Below, one piece after another: positions 10,306 to 21,721 of a stretch of 46,737 bases of DNA. Below the pieces are notes generated by a model. That model was not told the DNA's origin. It ran no database searches and saw only the letters and a program-made list of their open reading frames with translations. Numbering within the stretch: the first letter of the stretch is position 1; the number at the start of each line of letters is the position of its first letter. The position numbers and the translations under genes were made by a program. The DNA is taken from IMG/VR virus record IMGVR_UViG_3300005512_000062, positions 1 to 46,737 of that record. One strand, written 5' to 3'. The DNA is from a virus (lineage: Duplodnaviria > Caudoviricetes).

Positions 10306-13282
10306 TGCACCTATCTATGATTTTAAGCATGGCGTTTTAACACCTAAATTAATGGGGCGGGCGAATATCGCCCTTTATAAGAGTGGTGTTTTAACCGGGG
10401 AAAACTTTCTGACTCTTCTGCATGGACCTACAGTGTTCCGTTCAGGCACTGTCTACTCCCGCACTACGCGCCGCAATAACGTAGCCTTCTTTGTCCCCTT
10501 CACTTTTGCAGATGATGAAGCGTATACCCTTTCCTTTACGGAAGGGTATCTTCGCTTCTTAGTGGATGGGGCTGTAGTCACAGAAGATCCTATAAGTATT
10601 ACTGGTATCACTGCAGCTAATCCGGGAGTGCTAACAGCGGTGGGTAATGACTATGTGGATGGGGACGAGGTCTACATAGACAACTGTGAAGGTATGGAGG
10701 ATCTCAATGGTCAGTTCTATTTGGTCGCTAGTTCTCCAGACCCCGGTACCTCATCGAAGAACTGGACATACTCTAACCCTGCAAACTATGATTATGGGGC
10801 TTTGATTACAGTAACGGGTGGGGAAGCGCTACTTGTGAATGTTCCTCCCTATGATGTGACTGGACCCACTATAGAAACTAAAACTGGTTTTCCATATACT
10901 GTGGCTCTCGATGAGTTTGTAGAAACATCAACTAAACCGGCGAATACCGAAATAAAGTATATTTTATCTAACGATGATGGGGTTACTTGGTATTATTGGG
11001 ATGGGGCTATGTGGTCTGTGAGCGATGAGACATATGCACAGAGCAATACCGCAGCCACAGTACACACCAATATACCAACACTACCATTAGGCACTCTTAA
11101 ATATAGGGCTTTTCTTTATACTTCAGACAATACAGTAACACCACAACTAGATAATGTGGAGACTTCTTTTACGGCTCCCTCGTCTGATACCTTTTCTTTA
11201 ACTGACCAAGATGGTAACGCAATAGACACGACTCTATTCAATGCATATGTAGGGAGTGGAACTGTTGCGAGAGTATACGAGATAGAACAACCTTACACAG
11301 AAGCAGATCTCCCACAGATTAAGTTTGCCCAGAAGGCAGACATTATGTATATAGATCACCCAAACTATGCACCTCGTAAGGTGACAAGACTGGATCACGA
11401 TAGCTGGACTCTTCTTCCTTATACGAGGACGGACGATCCTTTTGACCAGGCAGAGATAACGAACATATCTAATGCAGGCAATGGTCGAGTTACCACAAAC
11501 CCAGCCCATATATTTGAGACAGGCGATGTTGTTAAGTTAGAAGATGTGTCCGGGATGACAGAAGTCAACCAGGTCTCGTATACTGTCACTAAAATAGATG
11601 TGAACAATTTTGACTTAAATGTGGACACCACGGGTTACACAGCGTATGACTCAGGGGGAGTTGCTATGATAGTTGGAGATGCTCCGGCAGCCGTAGGTTT
11701 TTATGGTGGTCGAGTATTCCACGGAGGGGCAATAAACAACCCCGACATTTTAGATGGCTCGATGTCTCCTGATCCTACAACTGGAGAACCACGATACGAG
11801 GTTTTCACATTAGGTTCGGATCCTGATGATGGCGTGTCTTATGCTTTAACTTCAGTTTCTACCTCTTCGGTAGATAGGATAAGATTCTTTATGGGTACCA
11901 GACAGTTCCTCGCGGTAGGCACGTATGCGGGGATGCTCAAGGTTAATGGTGGGTCAGATGCTACACCTATAGGCGGGGAGCAGATACAGTCTTTCCCCGT
12001 GGATAACTATGGGGTAGCAGACATAATGCCTGTTAACTTTGGTACAGATATAGTGTATGTCCAGCGAGGGGGAGAAGTAGTATATAGCTTTGCATATAGT
12101 CTTCTTAATGATGGGTTTAAATCAGAGGATGAATCTATACAGTCTGATGAACTTCAACAGGGGGGCATAAAACAGTTGGTATACCAGCAGGGCAATCCTA
12201 ACCAGGTTTGGATGTGTATGGAGGATGGAAGACTTCTTTCGTTTGTGTACAGTGATGGAGAAGATGTTTCATCCTGGAACGAACATATTTTAGGTGGGGA
12301 GGGTAAGGTATTTACTGTAGCCGCGCAGCCCCAGGCTGACAATAAGGATTTAGTGGTAGTGGGAGTAGAGCGTGAAGTTGATGGAGTGACGCGTAGGTAC
12401 ATAGAGTATTTTTCTAAGAACCCACGCATCCCTGAACGAACAGACTTTTATACCGCGCCTACTTCTGATGCGAAAAATACTGATGACACTAAATACAGAA
12501 ACCTAATGTATTATGCTCAGAAGCGTCAGGTACATTTAGATAGCTGTCTATCTTTGGATACGACAGAAGAGAACATAGCAATATCTCCGGGGGCAACCAC
12601 CGGAGACGATGTGACCTTTGGCGCAAGTGCTTCTATATTTAGCGCAGACGATCTTAACCGGAGAATTGTGGTTAAACATATTGATGGTACCGAGCAGGGT
12701 ATAGCAGAGATAATAGAGTACACCAATGAAACGCTAGTGCAATGTAGAATCCTACAGGACTTTGCTAGTACCGCGACCATTGATGGTGGGAAATGGTACT
12801 TTACTCAGGACACGGTGTCCGGGCTTTCACACTTAGAGGGAGAAACAGTTTCGGTGGTGGCTGATGGTGGAGTACATCCTGATTGTGTTGTTACAGATGG
12901 GGCGATAGAACTTGATTGGCAGGCTACCTATGTGATGATAGGTCTTCCTTATTATGGGAGAGTACAGACAATGCCTTTAGAACTCCTTCTATCGACAGGC
13001 ATAACCCCAGGCAAATATAAGTCAATTAATAAAGTTAATTTACTTTTCCGAAATACTTTAGGTGCTTCTTATGGGACGGATCCGTATGATATGCAGAAGA
13101 TAGCTTTTAGGGATGGAGTTCAGTATACTGATCGTCCTCCACTCCTATATAATGGGATGAAGGAACAACCTGGGTTTACAAGCTATGATGAACAGAAAAC
13201 TATGTGGGTTGTACAGACCCTTCCATATCCTTGCACGTTAACCTCTATGGTTTGCGATATGGAAATTAGTGAGGAGAATTAA
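10292..13282 (+). CDS. Tail tubular protein B / nozzle with inserted beta domains
   Basis: F..GVLTPKL.GR N-terminus, FAQKADIMYIDHPNYAPR, GLSHLEGETV and IGLPY motifs. Two ITGIT.ANP/GM.E.N (FCCH-like) inserts. Confidence 0.9.
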   Translation: MAELNAPIYDFKHGVLTPKLMGRANIALYKSGVLTGENFLTLLHGPTVFRSGTVYSRTTRRNNVAFFVPFTFADDEAYTLSFTEGYLRFLVDGAVVTEDPISITGITAANPGVLTAVGNDYVDGDEVYIDNCEGMEDLNGQFYLVASSPDPGTSSKNWTYSNPANYDYGALITVTGGEALLVNVPPYDVTGPTIETKTGFPYTVALDEFVETSTKPANTEIKYILSNDDGVTWYYWDGAMWSVSDETYAQSNTAATVHTNIPTLPLGTLKYRAFLYTSDNTVTPQLDNVETSFTAPSSDTFSLTDQDGNAIDTTLFNAYVGSGTVARVYEIEQPYTEADLPQIKFAQKADIMYIDHPNYAPRKVTRLDHDSWTLLPYTRTDDPFDQAEITNISNAGNGRVTTNPAHIFETGDVVKLEDVSGMTEVNQVSYTVTKIDVNNFDLNVDTTGYTAYDSGGVAMIVGDAPAAVGFYGGRVFHGGAINNPDILDGSMSPDPTTGEPRYEVFTLGSDPDDGVSYALTSVSTSSVDRIRFFMGTRQFLAVGTYAGMLKVNGGSDATPIGGEQIQSFPVDNYGVADIMPVNFGTDIVYVQRGGEVVYSFAYSLLNDGFKSEDESIQSDELQQGGIKQLVYQQGNPNQVWMCMEDGRLLSFVYSDGEDVSSWNEHILGGEGKVFTVAAQPQADNKDLVVVGVEREVDGVTRRYIEYFSKNPRIPERTDFYTAPTSDAKNTDDTKYRNLMYYAQKRQVHLDSCLSLDTTEENIAISPGATTGDDVTFGASASIFSADDLNRRIVVKHIDGTEQGIAEIIEYTNETLVQCRILQDFASTATIDGGKWYFTQDTVSGLSHLEGETVSVVADGGVHPDCVVTDGAIELDWQATYVMIGLPYYGRVQTMPLELLLSTGITPGKYKSINKVNLLFRNTLGASYGTDPYDMQKIAFRDGVQYTDRPPLLYNGMKEQPGFTSYDEQKTMWVVQTLPYPCTLTSMVCDMEISEEN

Positions 13283-13283
13283 T

Positions 13284-13883
13284 ATGGCAGTAGCAAGTTT
13301 TTTTGGTAATCCTACAGGTAATATGGGGATAATAGCAAATCCTACAGGGTATGGATACGGCACAGCCCCTAAGAATACCGGACCTACTTTATCCCAGGCA
13401 TTACGTCCTGGAGCCACCACTAGAATAAGACCCACCTTTGGTGAGGAAGATCCTGGTGGGATAACTGGACAAGCATCGCCAACCATAGGGCATTATATGG
13501 GGGCTTTTGGCAGTATCCTTGGGGGCATAAGCAAATTTCAATCTGCTCAAGTTCAGGCAGACGAATATCAGTATCAGGGAAATTTAGCAGTAGCTGAAGC
13601 TTTTAGAGATGCTTCTATCATAAGGGAAGAGGGGCGTAGTTTCGCGGCTTCTCAATCTCTACAGTTTATTGGTTCAGGGGTAGAACTTACTGGATCAGCT
13701 TTGATAACAACGGCACAGACAATTAAATACGCAGAAACCGAAGCTACGGCAACGGAAGCAAAAGGTAAAGCAATCCAAAGAGCCGCGTATAAAAAAGCAG
13801 ATGTAGTCCGTAATGAGGGTCGCGCGGCATTAGCCGGGGGCATTATTAAGGGTGTAGCTTCTTTTGCAACGGTAGGAGTATAG
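13284..13883 (+). CDS. Internal virion (ejection) protein, gp14-like
   Basis: GAGGAG SD, Gly/Ala-rich helical protein with GSGVELTGS motif, located after the nozzle gene. Confidence 0.7.
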   Translation: MAVASFFGNPTGNMGIIANPTGYGYGTAPKNTGPTLSQALRPGATTRIRPTFGEEDPGGITGQASPTIGHYMGAFGSILGGISKFQSAQVQADEYQYQGNLAVAEAFRDASIIREEGRSFAASQSLQFIGSGVELTGSALITTAQTIKYAETEATATEAKGKAIQRAAYKKADVVRNEGRAALAGGIIKGVASFATVGV

Positions 13884-13890
13884 GGGAATT

Positions 13891-15705
13891 ATGGGAAAAA
13901 TAAATTCATATCAAAGGCAACAATTAGCTTCTAGCCGAACTCAAGTAGCTCCACAGAACGAAGCGGGGGCTATGGTCGCTAAAGATGTGGCTGACTTTGG
14001 TGCGGTTATGGTGAGGAGACAGGATGCATTAGATACTGCTGAAGCTACCAAGGCATATTACAAGTATGCCGCGGCTGACAGTATCCAGTCGGCAGAACTC
14101 CAATCAGAGTATATGAACAATCCTGATTTAGATCCTTTGACCTTTGGGGAGAAGTACGAAGCCCGGGCTAATACCCTAGCCCAGACTTTCGCTAAAGATT
14201 TACCGGGTCGTGTTCAGGCTAAGTTTGGTACTTTAGTTGAGAAGCAGAAGGCAGCACAGACGATTTCCAATAACAAATGGGTGGTCAACCAACAGAATAG
14301 AAATGCCCTTATAGGTTTCCAGGAACTTAATCAGGCTTCCACAGCTATAGCTGGGGAGTTAATGAATGCCGAGGACTATATACAATCAAGGGATACATAC
14401 CTTCAGGCAGCAGAGGGGTATAGGGCTGTAACTACACCTGCTTCCCACGCTAGTGCTACGAAATCAGCACTCAAGGCACAGGCAGCAGCCTATTGGAACA
14501 ATAATGTAGATTTTAGGAATGGGGGCAACCCTGCGGCATTTAAAGAGACCCTTAAAGATTCTGCTGTCCGTAAAGCACTAGAAGAAGATTTAGGCACCAA
14601 AGAATTCGCAAGGCTTGAGAAGAATTTAGACCAGATGGTTATAGCTATGGGGGCTTATCAGGGCTTTACTAAACTAATGACTGACGATAAGAACCTTGCT
14701 GAAAAGGTACAAAAGGTATACGATCCCAATAACAATTATGGACTTAAAGAGGTAGCTACCGAACTCCAGGAGGAGATTAATCGTAGAAACTATATGGTGA
14801 CTACCAATAAAGAAGGACAGAACACCGCAGCTATAGAGCAGACCAACGAGAACATAAAGAACTTGGAAGTCCTCAAGAGGATATCCATATATGCTAACGA
14901 TACCTCGTATGCATCAGATATAGACACCAAACGTCAGCTAACTGATGAGATTAAATTAGCTATGACACCTTATGGAAAGCAGAAGTTTAAGGATATTCTT
15001 GCCAAGCAGGAGAAAGTAGTTGGGAAGCAAACCGCGGAACAGGACGATAAATACCCCTGGTATGCCTATGCCAACCCCTATTTTCAAGTCAATAGAGTGG
15101 TAAGGGCGGGTAAAGCCGCATTGACCGGGGTGCCTTCTCCTATGAGGGCAGAAAGTGAAGAGAACATAAAAGCTTCAAAGACGGTCTCCCAGTATATGGA
15201 AGATATGTATACGATGAAAGGTAGGGTTCTAGCAGCAATAGAAGCTAAGACACTTACCTATGCTGATGGGTCGAAGATGATAGGTCAGCTTGGTACTTTA
15301 AGTACAGTTGAGAAATTTGACGCGCTACAGGCTACAGGAAAGAATTGGTTCACAGAAGGGTACGATGCTTTTAATGATTATTCCCGGGCAATTAGTCTGA
15401 ACACTGGCACGGTAGAAGGCAATAGACAGCTACGAGATGACATCCGTAACCAAATGATGGAGACCTTTTCAACAAGGATGGCTCTTTATGGAGACCAGCC
15501 AATCTCTTCTGATAAGATAGCCACCGAGATAGCGCAGATAAAAAACGAGAAGAATCAGCAATTGAACCCTGAGTTTATGGGTGTGAAGGTAGGAGACTAT
15601 GTGAATGTGAATGGAAAGTCTCTTGAGTTTATGGGCTTTAGTGGTAATACTGGCAGAGTGCAGGTAAAAGCCAAAGGTCTACAGAAGGAGTTAGATAACT
15701 TATAA
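13891..15705 (+). CDS. Internal virion (ejection) protein, gp15-like
   Basis: 604 aa, helical, MGKINSYQRQ start, podoviral gene order. Confidence 0.65.
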   Translation: MGKINSYQRQQLASSRTQVAPQNEAGAMVAKDVADFGAVMVRRQDALDTAEATKAYYKYAAADSIQSAELQSEYMNNPDLDPLTFGEKYEARANTLAQTFAKDLPGRVQAKFGTLVEKQKAAQTISNNKWVVNQQNRNALIGFQELNQASTAIAGELMNAEDYIQSRDTYLQAAEGYRAVTTPASHASATKSALKAQAAAYWNNNVDFRNGGNPAAFKETLKDSAVRKALEEDLGTKEFARLEKNLDQMVIAMGAYQGFTKLMTDDKNLAEKVQKVYDPNNNYGLKEVATELQEEINRRNYMVTTNKEGQNTAAIEQTNENIKNLEVLKRISIYANDTSYASDIDTKRQLTDEIKLAMTPYGKQKFKDILAKQEKVVGKQTAEQDDKYPWYAYANPYFQVNRVVRAGKAALTGVPSPMRAESEENIKASKTVSQYMEDMYTMKGRVLAAIEAKTLTYADGSKMIGQLGTLSTVEKFDALQATGKNWFTEGYDAFNDYSRAISLNTGTVEGNRQLRDDIRNQMMETFSTRMALYGDQPISSDKIATEIAQIKNEKNQQLNPEFMGVKVGDYVNVNGKSLEFMGFSGNTGRVQVKAKGLQKELDNL

Positions 15706-18700
15706 TGGCTATGGAAGAACAAAACACAGTAGACGAGGTAATGGATCTCGACACATATAAGTCGATGTATTCGACTAATAGTGTGGATAAGGATCATCTC
15801 TGGAAACAGGACGAGACCGGAACCATCCGGACTACGCCTAGCCGAGATACTGCTGTGTACAATGGAAATGCTTTCACCCAGTATCTTAATAGGACTGGGC
15901 AGGCTTTTGTGGGGATTTTCACAGGCATCCCAGGGGGCATAACAGCTATGAGTGGGGCGGCTGTCCGGGACAAAGGCATAGCTAAGACCGCGGTAGATAC
16001 GGGTGGGGCTTTTCTTTCGTTGGCTGCTCCTGGGCTATCAAGTTTTCTTGACACCTCTGGGATAGATGATAGAGCCGAGACTTTTATAGCGGAGAGGTTA
16101 GATGGATCTGTAGAAGCCCATAGGGAGAGATCAGAACGCATTGGCGAGAAGATGGTTAACTATGGTCTTTATATGGCCGAAGAAGGTAAGAAGATCGCAG
16201 CAGAGATGGAAGCAGCACAGCCCACTACCAATAAGGCATCACAGTTCCTAGGAGATGCGACTGGTTCTATATTGGCTACGATTGCTCTATATAAGATGGG
16301 TGGGGTTGGTCTAGCTACAGGAGTATTTAGTCTCTCCTCTGCGGCTGATGTAGGTGTAGACGCCCTTAAAGCGGGTAAAGACTTTGATACTTCCTTCCTA
16401 GCTGCGGCATTTACTGGTGTGGCTGTGGGTGGTCTTGAGAGTATGGGGCTTAATGCAGTTTTTGACAAGACAGCTAGAACGGGCATTAAAGCCACAGCTA
16501 TGCATATACTCAATGCTACTCTTACAGAAGCCACAACAGAAGCAGCACAGACGGCTGTAGAATTAGGAATGTCTAGGGTGGTTGGTGGATCGAAAGATGT
16601 GACCCTATTAGACGCTCTATCTCAGATGGCTTATGCAGGGGCAGTGGGTGCTTTTGCTGGTGGCACAATGGTGAGTGGGGTAACCCTTACGCAGAAAGCT
16701 AAAGCGATTTCCTTGTTACGATCCGAATTGGGGGTAAACCACGATACGGCTAATCGGATATATACTCAAGCCGAACAGGTAGCAGCCGAGCAGGTTCTTG
16801 CGGGTATGGGTGAAGATACCGGCTATGATGCCATACAGAATCGTAAGATCCAAAATATGAGAGACATTATCAAACTCTCAAGGGGTGAAGCAGGTGTTGA
16901 GAACGCAGACGCTAAAAGGATTCTTGAATCTTTAGATGTCCAGACACCAGGCGAAACTCTACTAAATGAGTTACGCGCCCAGGCTACAGCAGACATTAAT
17001 GCTGAGATAGAGGAAGGCAATATAAAAGGTAAGAAAGTTAAGGGGGCTAAAGCTGTAGAGAAGGCCGCTGAAATCACCGAGACATTAGAAGATCAGAAGG
17101 CAGAAGAGCCGGAAGAGTTTGTTCGTATAGAGCCTGAAGTTATTAATGATGTTAAGCCCATATTTAGGGAAGCTTTTGTGGGTAGGGTTAAAGAACTTAC
17201 TCGCGTTGCAAAGCAGGCTAAGAGTGAACTTATGAAGGCACTCAAGCTGCAGAGTCTTAAAGCTGGGAAGACAAACACCAAAGCCATAAACAATCTTATA
17301 AAAACTTATATAGACGCAACGACAGAACTTACTTATTTGAAAGAGAATCCTGGTGAAATCGTCTTTACCGGGGACAATCAGATCACCTTAAAGAATGCTG
17401 AAGTTCTTGGGCGAATAGCCGATAAACAAACCGCTTTGATACTTCGGAATGTACGAAAGAACTTTCTTCGTGGAAGACAGGCAACTCAGGCAGAGATGCA
17501 GTATATCAAAGGAGTTATCAAACAGTTGCTCAATAGACCTGGACTTTCCCAGTCTCAGAAGTTTGACCAGCTTGGTAGATGGCTCAACAAGATAACGACT
17601 CCTGAACAGTTGCAGAAGAAGTTCTTTGAATTAGAGATGAAGGTCAACGATATCATTCAGGATAATGTTACGACTACCTTTAAGAAATCCATAGATAGTG
17701 CTATCAATCTAATGAAGGGTAAGGGAGTGGGTACGAAGAAGAAGGTCAATCTTCCTCCCCAGGCACAGAAACTTGCCGATATATTTTTGAAGGCAATGAA
17801 CCAAGAAGACATTAACCCGGCGGTAGAGGTCAATCAGATCCACACACCAGAAGGATTTATGAGAACATTGGCTGCGCGTTTAGCTACCGAATCTAACCCA
17901 GATGGTTCTCCTCTTTCTGCAAGAGACTATATGAATATAGAGAGAACTCTTCGTGACTTTGTGGAGAACAAGACTCTTGAAGCCCAGAGGATTGCTAAGA
18001 CTAATAGAGCCTTCGTAGAGAAGACTCAGGAGAGAGTAGTTGAAAACTTAGACAAGACTAAGCAACTCAACGAGGAAGGGTATAGGAATCTTTGGGAAGG
18101 CATAATGAGCCAGTTAAGTCGTAGGTTCAACTATCAATCTCTCATAGGCTCCCTTGCTAAAGGAATGGGTGCTGAGACCGGCTCTTCAGTATTTGAAGCC
18201 GTGATGGACTTTGGCAAAGCCCATATGAAGAACGAGACCCTATATGCTCACTTCACGAGTCAATTTAACCTAGGGGCTATGAGGATTTTTGGTGTTAAGT
18301 CTACCCTTGAGTTAAGCAAGAAGTTTCTTAGGGACAACATAAACAACGACCAATCGTCTAATCCTGATGTAATCATATCCAAGGAGAATGCACAAGGGGG
18401 CTTGGAATCATTTTGGAGAGGATCTATCGCCCAGGCTAGAGAGAAGTATATGCTTTGGCTGAGTCCTGATGGACAGTCCATAATGAAAAAGCAGGGGTGG
18501 ACAGAAGGAGAGATTGAGAATCTAGTAGATAATATGACAGAACAGGACACAGAATTTGTGGCTATGCAGTTGAACCTCTACAATGATATATGGCCATTGA
18601 TAAACGAAACCCATAGGAAAACAGTGGGGTATGACCTAGGATATAGGGAAAGATATTCCCCAGTCTATAGGACAGGTATTGATTTTGGGTCTTCAAATAT

Positions 18701-20177
18701 GATCGATCAGCTTCTAGGTCGAGGACCCCTCTCGCCTGATATGCAGAATGTTACCTTCACGAAGGAACTCACCAAGAGTGAGAAGAGACTCAAAGATGTA
18801 GCAGACTTTGATAAGATGCGCCATTACATAAAGGACGCATCCTATTATGCAGCTTTCGCTGAGAAGGTAGCCCAGGTTCAGGATGTCCTAGGTAATAGCG
18901 CGGTACGAGAGAAGATAGAGCAGGTACGCGATAAAGACTTTTATGGAAGACTCAAGAAGTATGTAGATATCCTCGCCCAGGGTAAGAGATATGGGACAGG
19001 CAACCTCAATAGTGCTATGAACCACGCGGTCACCAATATGCAGAAGATGCTCTTGGCGGGTAAGATGGTTCTTTTTCCCAAGCAGTTGGTATCAGCTTTT
19101 GCTGCGCTTGAGGTAGCTAATGGAAAGACCTTTGCTAAAGCTATGTCAGAACTACCTAAAGCACTAAAGAGTGGTGAATTAAGTAAACTCTTGGAGCATC
19201 CCTACTTCGCCCATCGTACTATGAGAAGGGCTATATCGAGAGATATCGCGGACATCAATGCAGCTTTCGAGGGTGGTCAGATGACCGAGAAACGGCTAAA
19301 GAAGGCTGAACTAGATCTAACTTTGAACCACTACCTATTCCTTGGAACTCAATTAGGGGATATGGGTGGTGTCATTTTGAATGGTTGGGCTGTGTATAGT
19401 CAACACAAAGCTGATGGTAAGAGTGATACTGAAGCTGCTAATCTTGCAGTTCAGCATATAGATCGTACCCAGCAGTCAGCTAGGGTGACTGAACAGATAG
19501 GAATGTCGTTGGATCCTAACCCAATTGTGAGGGCATTCACGAGTTTTACCCACGCACCTATGCAATATGCGAGTATTTTAGTGCAGCAATTAGACACTAT
19601 AGGCACAGAAAGATTCAATGCTACGCAATTTGCTAGGACTTTTGCAACATTTTTTGTCCTCCTACCTATGCTATACTCCGCGGTGGGACGTGCATTTAAC
19701 TATAAAAAAGAGGATATGCCCCAATATTTAGCTGAGTTTGCTCTTGGACCCTTTGATGATATGCCCCTCACAGGGGGACTACTAAGGGTGTTGGCGTCCA
19801 GAGCGATCTTCAATGCATACAAAGCTACAATAGACGAGGATGCAAAACTTCCTTATAGTGCTAGATGGGATGCGGCGGGGACAGGGCTATTTGATTCTAT
19901 GGTCAAGAACATAGCTGATGTTGAGAGGGCTTTGACTAAAGAATATGAAGATGGGATAAAACTATCTGATTTCTTAAACATAACTACTCAATTGGCAGAA
20001 GCAACCGGTCCAGTTGGTGGCATATATTCAGGTGCTGTGAGGACAGTGAGTGGAGCAGCCCAAGGCATATCCCTAATGTCCGAAGAGAACGGGGAAGGCA
20101 CTACGGTCAATAGTGTTCGTAGATTATTAATGATTATGGGATACTCAGAGTATGCCACAAGACCAACGGAGGAATAA
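15705..20177 (+). CDS. Large internal virion (ejection) protein, gp16-like
   Basis: 1490 aa, helical, with hydrophobic Gly/Ala stretches and an EA.TEA.Q motif. Precedes the tail fibre gene. Confidence 0.7.
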   Translation: MAMEEQNTVDEVMDLDTYKSMYSTNSVDKDHLWKQDETGTIRTTPSRDTAVYNGNAFTQYLNRTGQAFVGIFTGIPGGITAMSGAAVRDKGIAKTAVDTGGAFLSLAAPGLSSFLDTSGIDDRAETFIAERLDGSVEAHRERSERIGEKMVNYGLYMAEEGKKIAAEMEAAQPTTNKASQFLGDATGSILATIALYKMGGVGLATGVFSLSSAADVGVDALKAGKDFDTSFLAAAFTGVAVGGLESMGLNAVFDKTARTGIKATAMHILNATLTEATTEAAQTAVELGMSRVVGGSKDVTLLDALSQMAYAGAVGAFAGGTMVSGVTLTQKAKAISLLRSELGVNHDTANRIYTQAEQVAAEQVLAGMGEDTGYDAIQNRKIQNMRDIIKLSRGEAGVENADAKRILESLDVQTPGETLLNELRAQATADINAEIEEGNIKGKKVKGAKAVEKAAEITETLEDQKAEEPEEFVRIEPEVINDVKPIFREAFVGRVKELTRVAKQAKSELMKALKLQSLKAGKTNTKAINNLIKTYIDATTELTYLKENPGEIVFTGDNQITLKNAEVLGRIADKQTALILRNVRKNFLRGRQATQAEMQYIKGVIKQLLNRPGLSQSQKFDQLGRWLNKITTPEQLQKKFFELEMKVNDIIQDNVTTTFKKSIDSAINLMKGKGVGTKKKVNLPPQAQKLADIFLKAMNQEDINPAVEVNQIHTPEGFMRTLAARLATESNPDGSPLSARDYMNIERTLRDFVENKTLEAQRIAKTNRAFVEKTQERVVENLDKTKQLNEEGYRNLWEGIMSQLSRRFNYQSLIGSLAKGMGAETGSSVFEAVMDFGKAHMKNETLYAHFTSQFNLGAMRIFGVKSTLELSKKFLRDNINNDQSSNPDVIISKENAQGGLESFWRGSIAQAREKYMLWLSPDGQSIMKKQGWTEGEIENLVDNMTEQDTEFVAMQLNLYNDIWPLINETHRKTVGYDLGYRERYSPVYRTGIDFGSSNMIDQLLGRGPLSPDMQNVTFTKELTKSEKRLKDVADFDKMRHYIKDASYYAAFAEKVAQVQDVLGNSAVREKIEQVRDKDFYGRLKKYVDILAQGKRYGTGNLNSAMNHAVTNMQKMLLAGKMVLFPKQLVSAFAALEVANGKTFAKAMSELPKALKSGELSKLLEHPYFAHRTMRRAISRDIADINAAFEGGQMTEKRLKKAELDLTLNHYLFLGTQLGDMGGVILNGWAVYSQHKADGKSDTEAANLAVQHIDRTQQSARVTEQIGMSLDPNPIVRAFTSFTHAPMQYASILVQQLDTIGTERFNATQFARTFATFFVLLPMLYSAVGRAFNYKKEDMPQYLAEFALGPFDDMPLTGGLLRVLASRAIFNAYKATIDEDAKLPYSARWDAAGTGLFDSMVKNIADVERALTKEYEDGIKLSDFLNITTQLAEATGPVGGIYSGAVRTVSGAAQGISLMSEENGEGTTVNSVRRLLMIMGYSEYATRPTEE

Positions 20178-21118
20178 TGACTATTGAAAACACATCAATT
20201 TTAACAAAGGTATCCGGGGATGATGCATCCACCACCTTTAGTTTTGACTACAAGATATACGCGGACACAGACATAGGGGTATACTTGGAGGATAAGACTA
20301 CTTCAGTTCAGACCGCCCAAGTCTTAGGGGTAGATTATAGTGTAACTAGAAGTCCTGACGAAGAAGGTGGATCAATAACTTTTCTAATAACTCCACCTAC
20401 ATCTAGTGACTGGGTAGTGACATATTCTAATATACCTTATACCCAGACCGTGGACATTCCAACTGATGGCAACCTTCGTGAGGAAGCCTTAGAGGGAGGT
20501 ATGGATAGGATCGAGAGACAGATCCAACAGGTCAATGGTAGATTTGATTCTGTGGTTGTTCTTCCGGCAGGGCAGACGGGGATATCTTTACCAGAAGGAT
20601 CAGGGGATGCTTACATAGGGTGGAACTCAACAGGAGATGCCCTAGAGAATAAGTCAGGCATAGGAACCACCGGGCCAACTGGGCCTAGTGGTGGACCAGC
20701 CGGGCCAACTGGACCAGCCGGACCAACTGGGGCTACTGGGGCAGCAGGGCTAGGGTCGTATACTACAGTTCAGGTTGTATTTGGTAATGGTACTGATGTC
20801 ATAGCAGCGGGGATATGGGGTGATGTTCAGGTACCTTTCGCGGGAACTATAACAGGGGTCACTCTTCTTGCAGACCAGGCAGCCACGATGGTGGTTGATA
20901 TATGGAAGGATACTTATGCTAACTTTCCACCTACAGTGGCTGATACAATTACCGCGGCGGCTAAACCTACACTTACCGCGGCTAACAAAAGCGTAGACAC
21001 TACCCTTACTGGGTGGACTACGGCAGTCGCAGATGGTGATGTTTTTAGGTTTAATGTGGATTCTAATGATGTAGCAGAACGCGTTACTTTAAGTTTAGAG
21101 ATAACGAGAAGTACCTAA
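20177..21118 (+). CDS. Tail fibre adaptor: T7 gp17-like N-terminal anchor, short collagen, C-terminal beta domain
   Basis: [10 protein letters not shown]...LGVDYSV...LEGGMDR..RQIQQ anchor, GPT repeats, and a C-terminal [13 protein letters not shown] domain. Confidence 0.85.
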   Translation: MTIENTSILTKVSGDDASTTFSFDYKIYADTDIGVYLEDKTTSVQTAQVLGVDYSVTRSPDEEGGSITFLITPPTSSDWVVTYSNIPYTQTVDIPTDGNLREEALEGGMDRIERQIQQVNGRFDSVVVLPAGQTGISLPEGSGDAYIGWNSTGDALENKSGIGTTGPTGPSGGPAGPTGPAGPTGATGAAGLGSYTTVQVVFGNGTDVIAAGIWGDVQVPFAGTITGVTLLADQAATMVVDIWKDTYANFPPTVADTITAAAKPTLTAANKSVDTTLTGWTTAVADGDVFRFNVDSNDVAERVTLSLEITRST

Positions 21119-21129
21119 TAGGAGGAATT

Positions 21130-21267
21130 ATGAGCGGTTATAGAGGTGGATATTCAAATGGGATACCAATAGCAACGGGTCCAACTGGACCAACAGGAAG
21201 CACTGGGGCGACAGGCGCCACCGGAGCGACAGGCGCCACCGGACCAACTGGACCAACTGGACCATAA
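21130..21267 (+). CDS. 45-aa mini-collagen peptide (not in ORF track)
   Basis: AGGAGG SD, ATG 21130. Reads [16 protein letters not shown](GXT)9GP, stop 21265-21267. Confidence 0.8.
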   Translation: MSGYRGGYSNGIPIATGPTGPTGSTGATGATGATGATGPTGPTGP

Positions 21268-21283
21268 AATAGGAGGAAACACA

Positions 21284-21697
21284 ATGGCTAAGAGAAATGA
21301 AGATGTTAACAATTTTGATTTACTGAGAGAAGATGGAGTCCACACAGATCTACCTTGTGGTGGTGTAGGCACTTTCTATACACAGACTTATGTGTGTCCC
21401 AAGGATGTTACCTTTGGGTTTGAGTGGAAGTTTACGTCAAGTGGTGTGATCCTCGCTTCGATAGCCATTGAGCAAGGCAATATTGCTCCGGCTGTTGAAG
21501 GGGCAGCCGATAGCAATATGGTTGTGCCTGATGGTGTGGGGAACTTGGTCACTAATACGGCAGATGCTTTGGTTCACGTTAAACCTTTTGCGCCTACAGT
21601 GGCAAACTTTTTGAGAGTAAGAGTAACTACTGCTGGGGCGAATGACGCTTCAACAGTATTGGAAAGATTTTTAGTAAATACGATAGTCAATGCTTAA
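21284..21697 (+). CDS. Hypothetical beta-rich virion protein
   Basis: AGGAGG SD. 137 aa with jelly-roll-like pattern (NFLRVRVT), inside the fibre cluster. Confidence 0.7.
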   Translation: MAKRNEDVNNFDLLREDGVHTDLPCGGVGTFYTQTYVCPKDVTFGFEWKFTSSGVILASIAIEQGNIAPAVEGAADSNMVVPDGVGNLVTNTADALVHVKPFAPTVANFLRVRVTTAGANDASTVLERFLVNTIVNA

Positions 21698-21721
21698 TTG
21701 ACGGCTTAATAGGAGGATACT

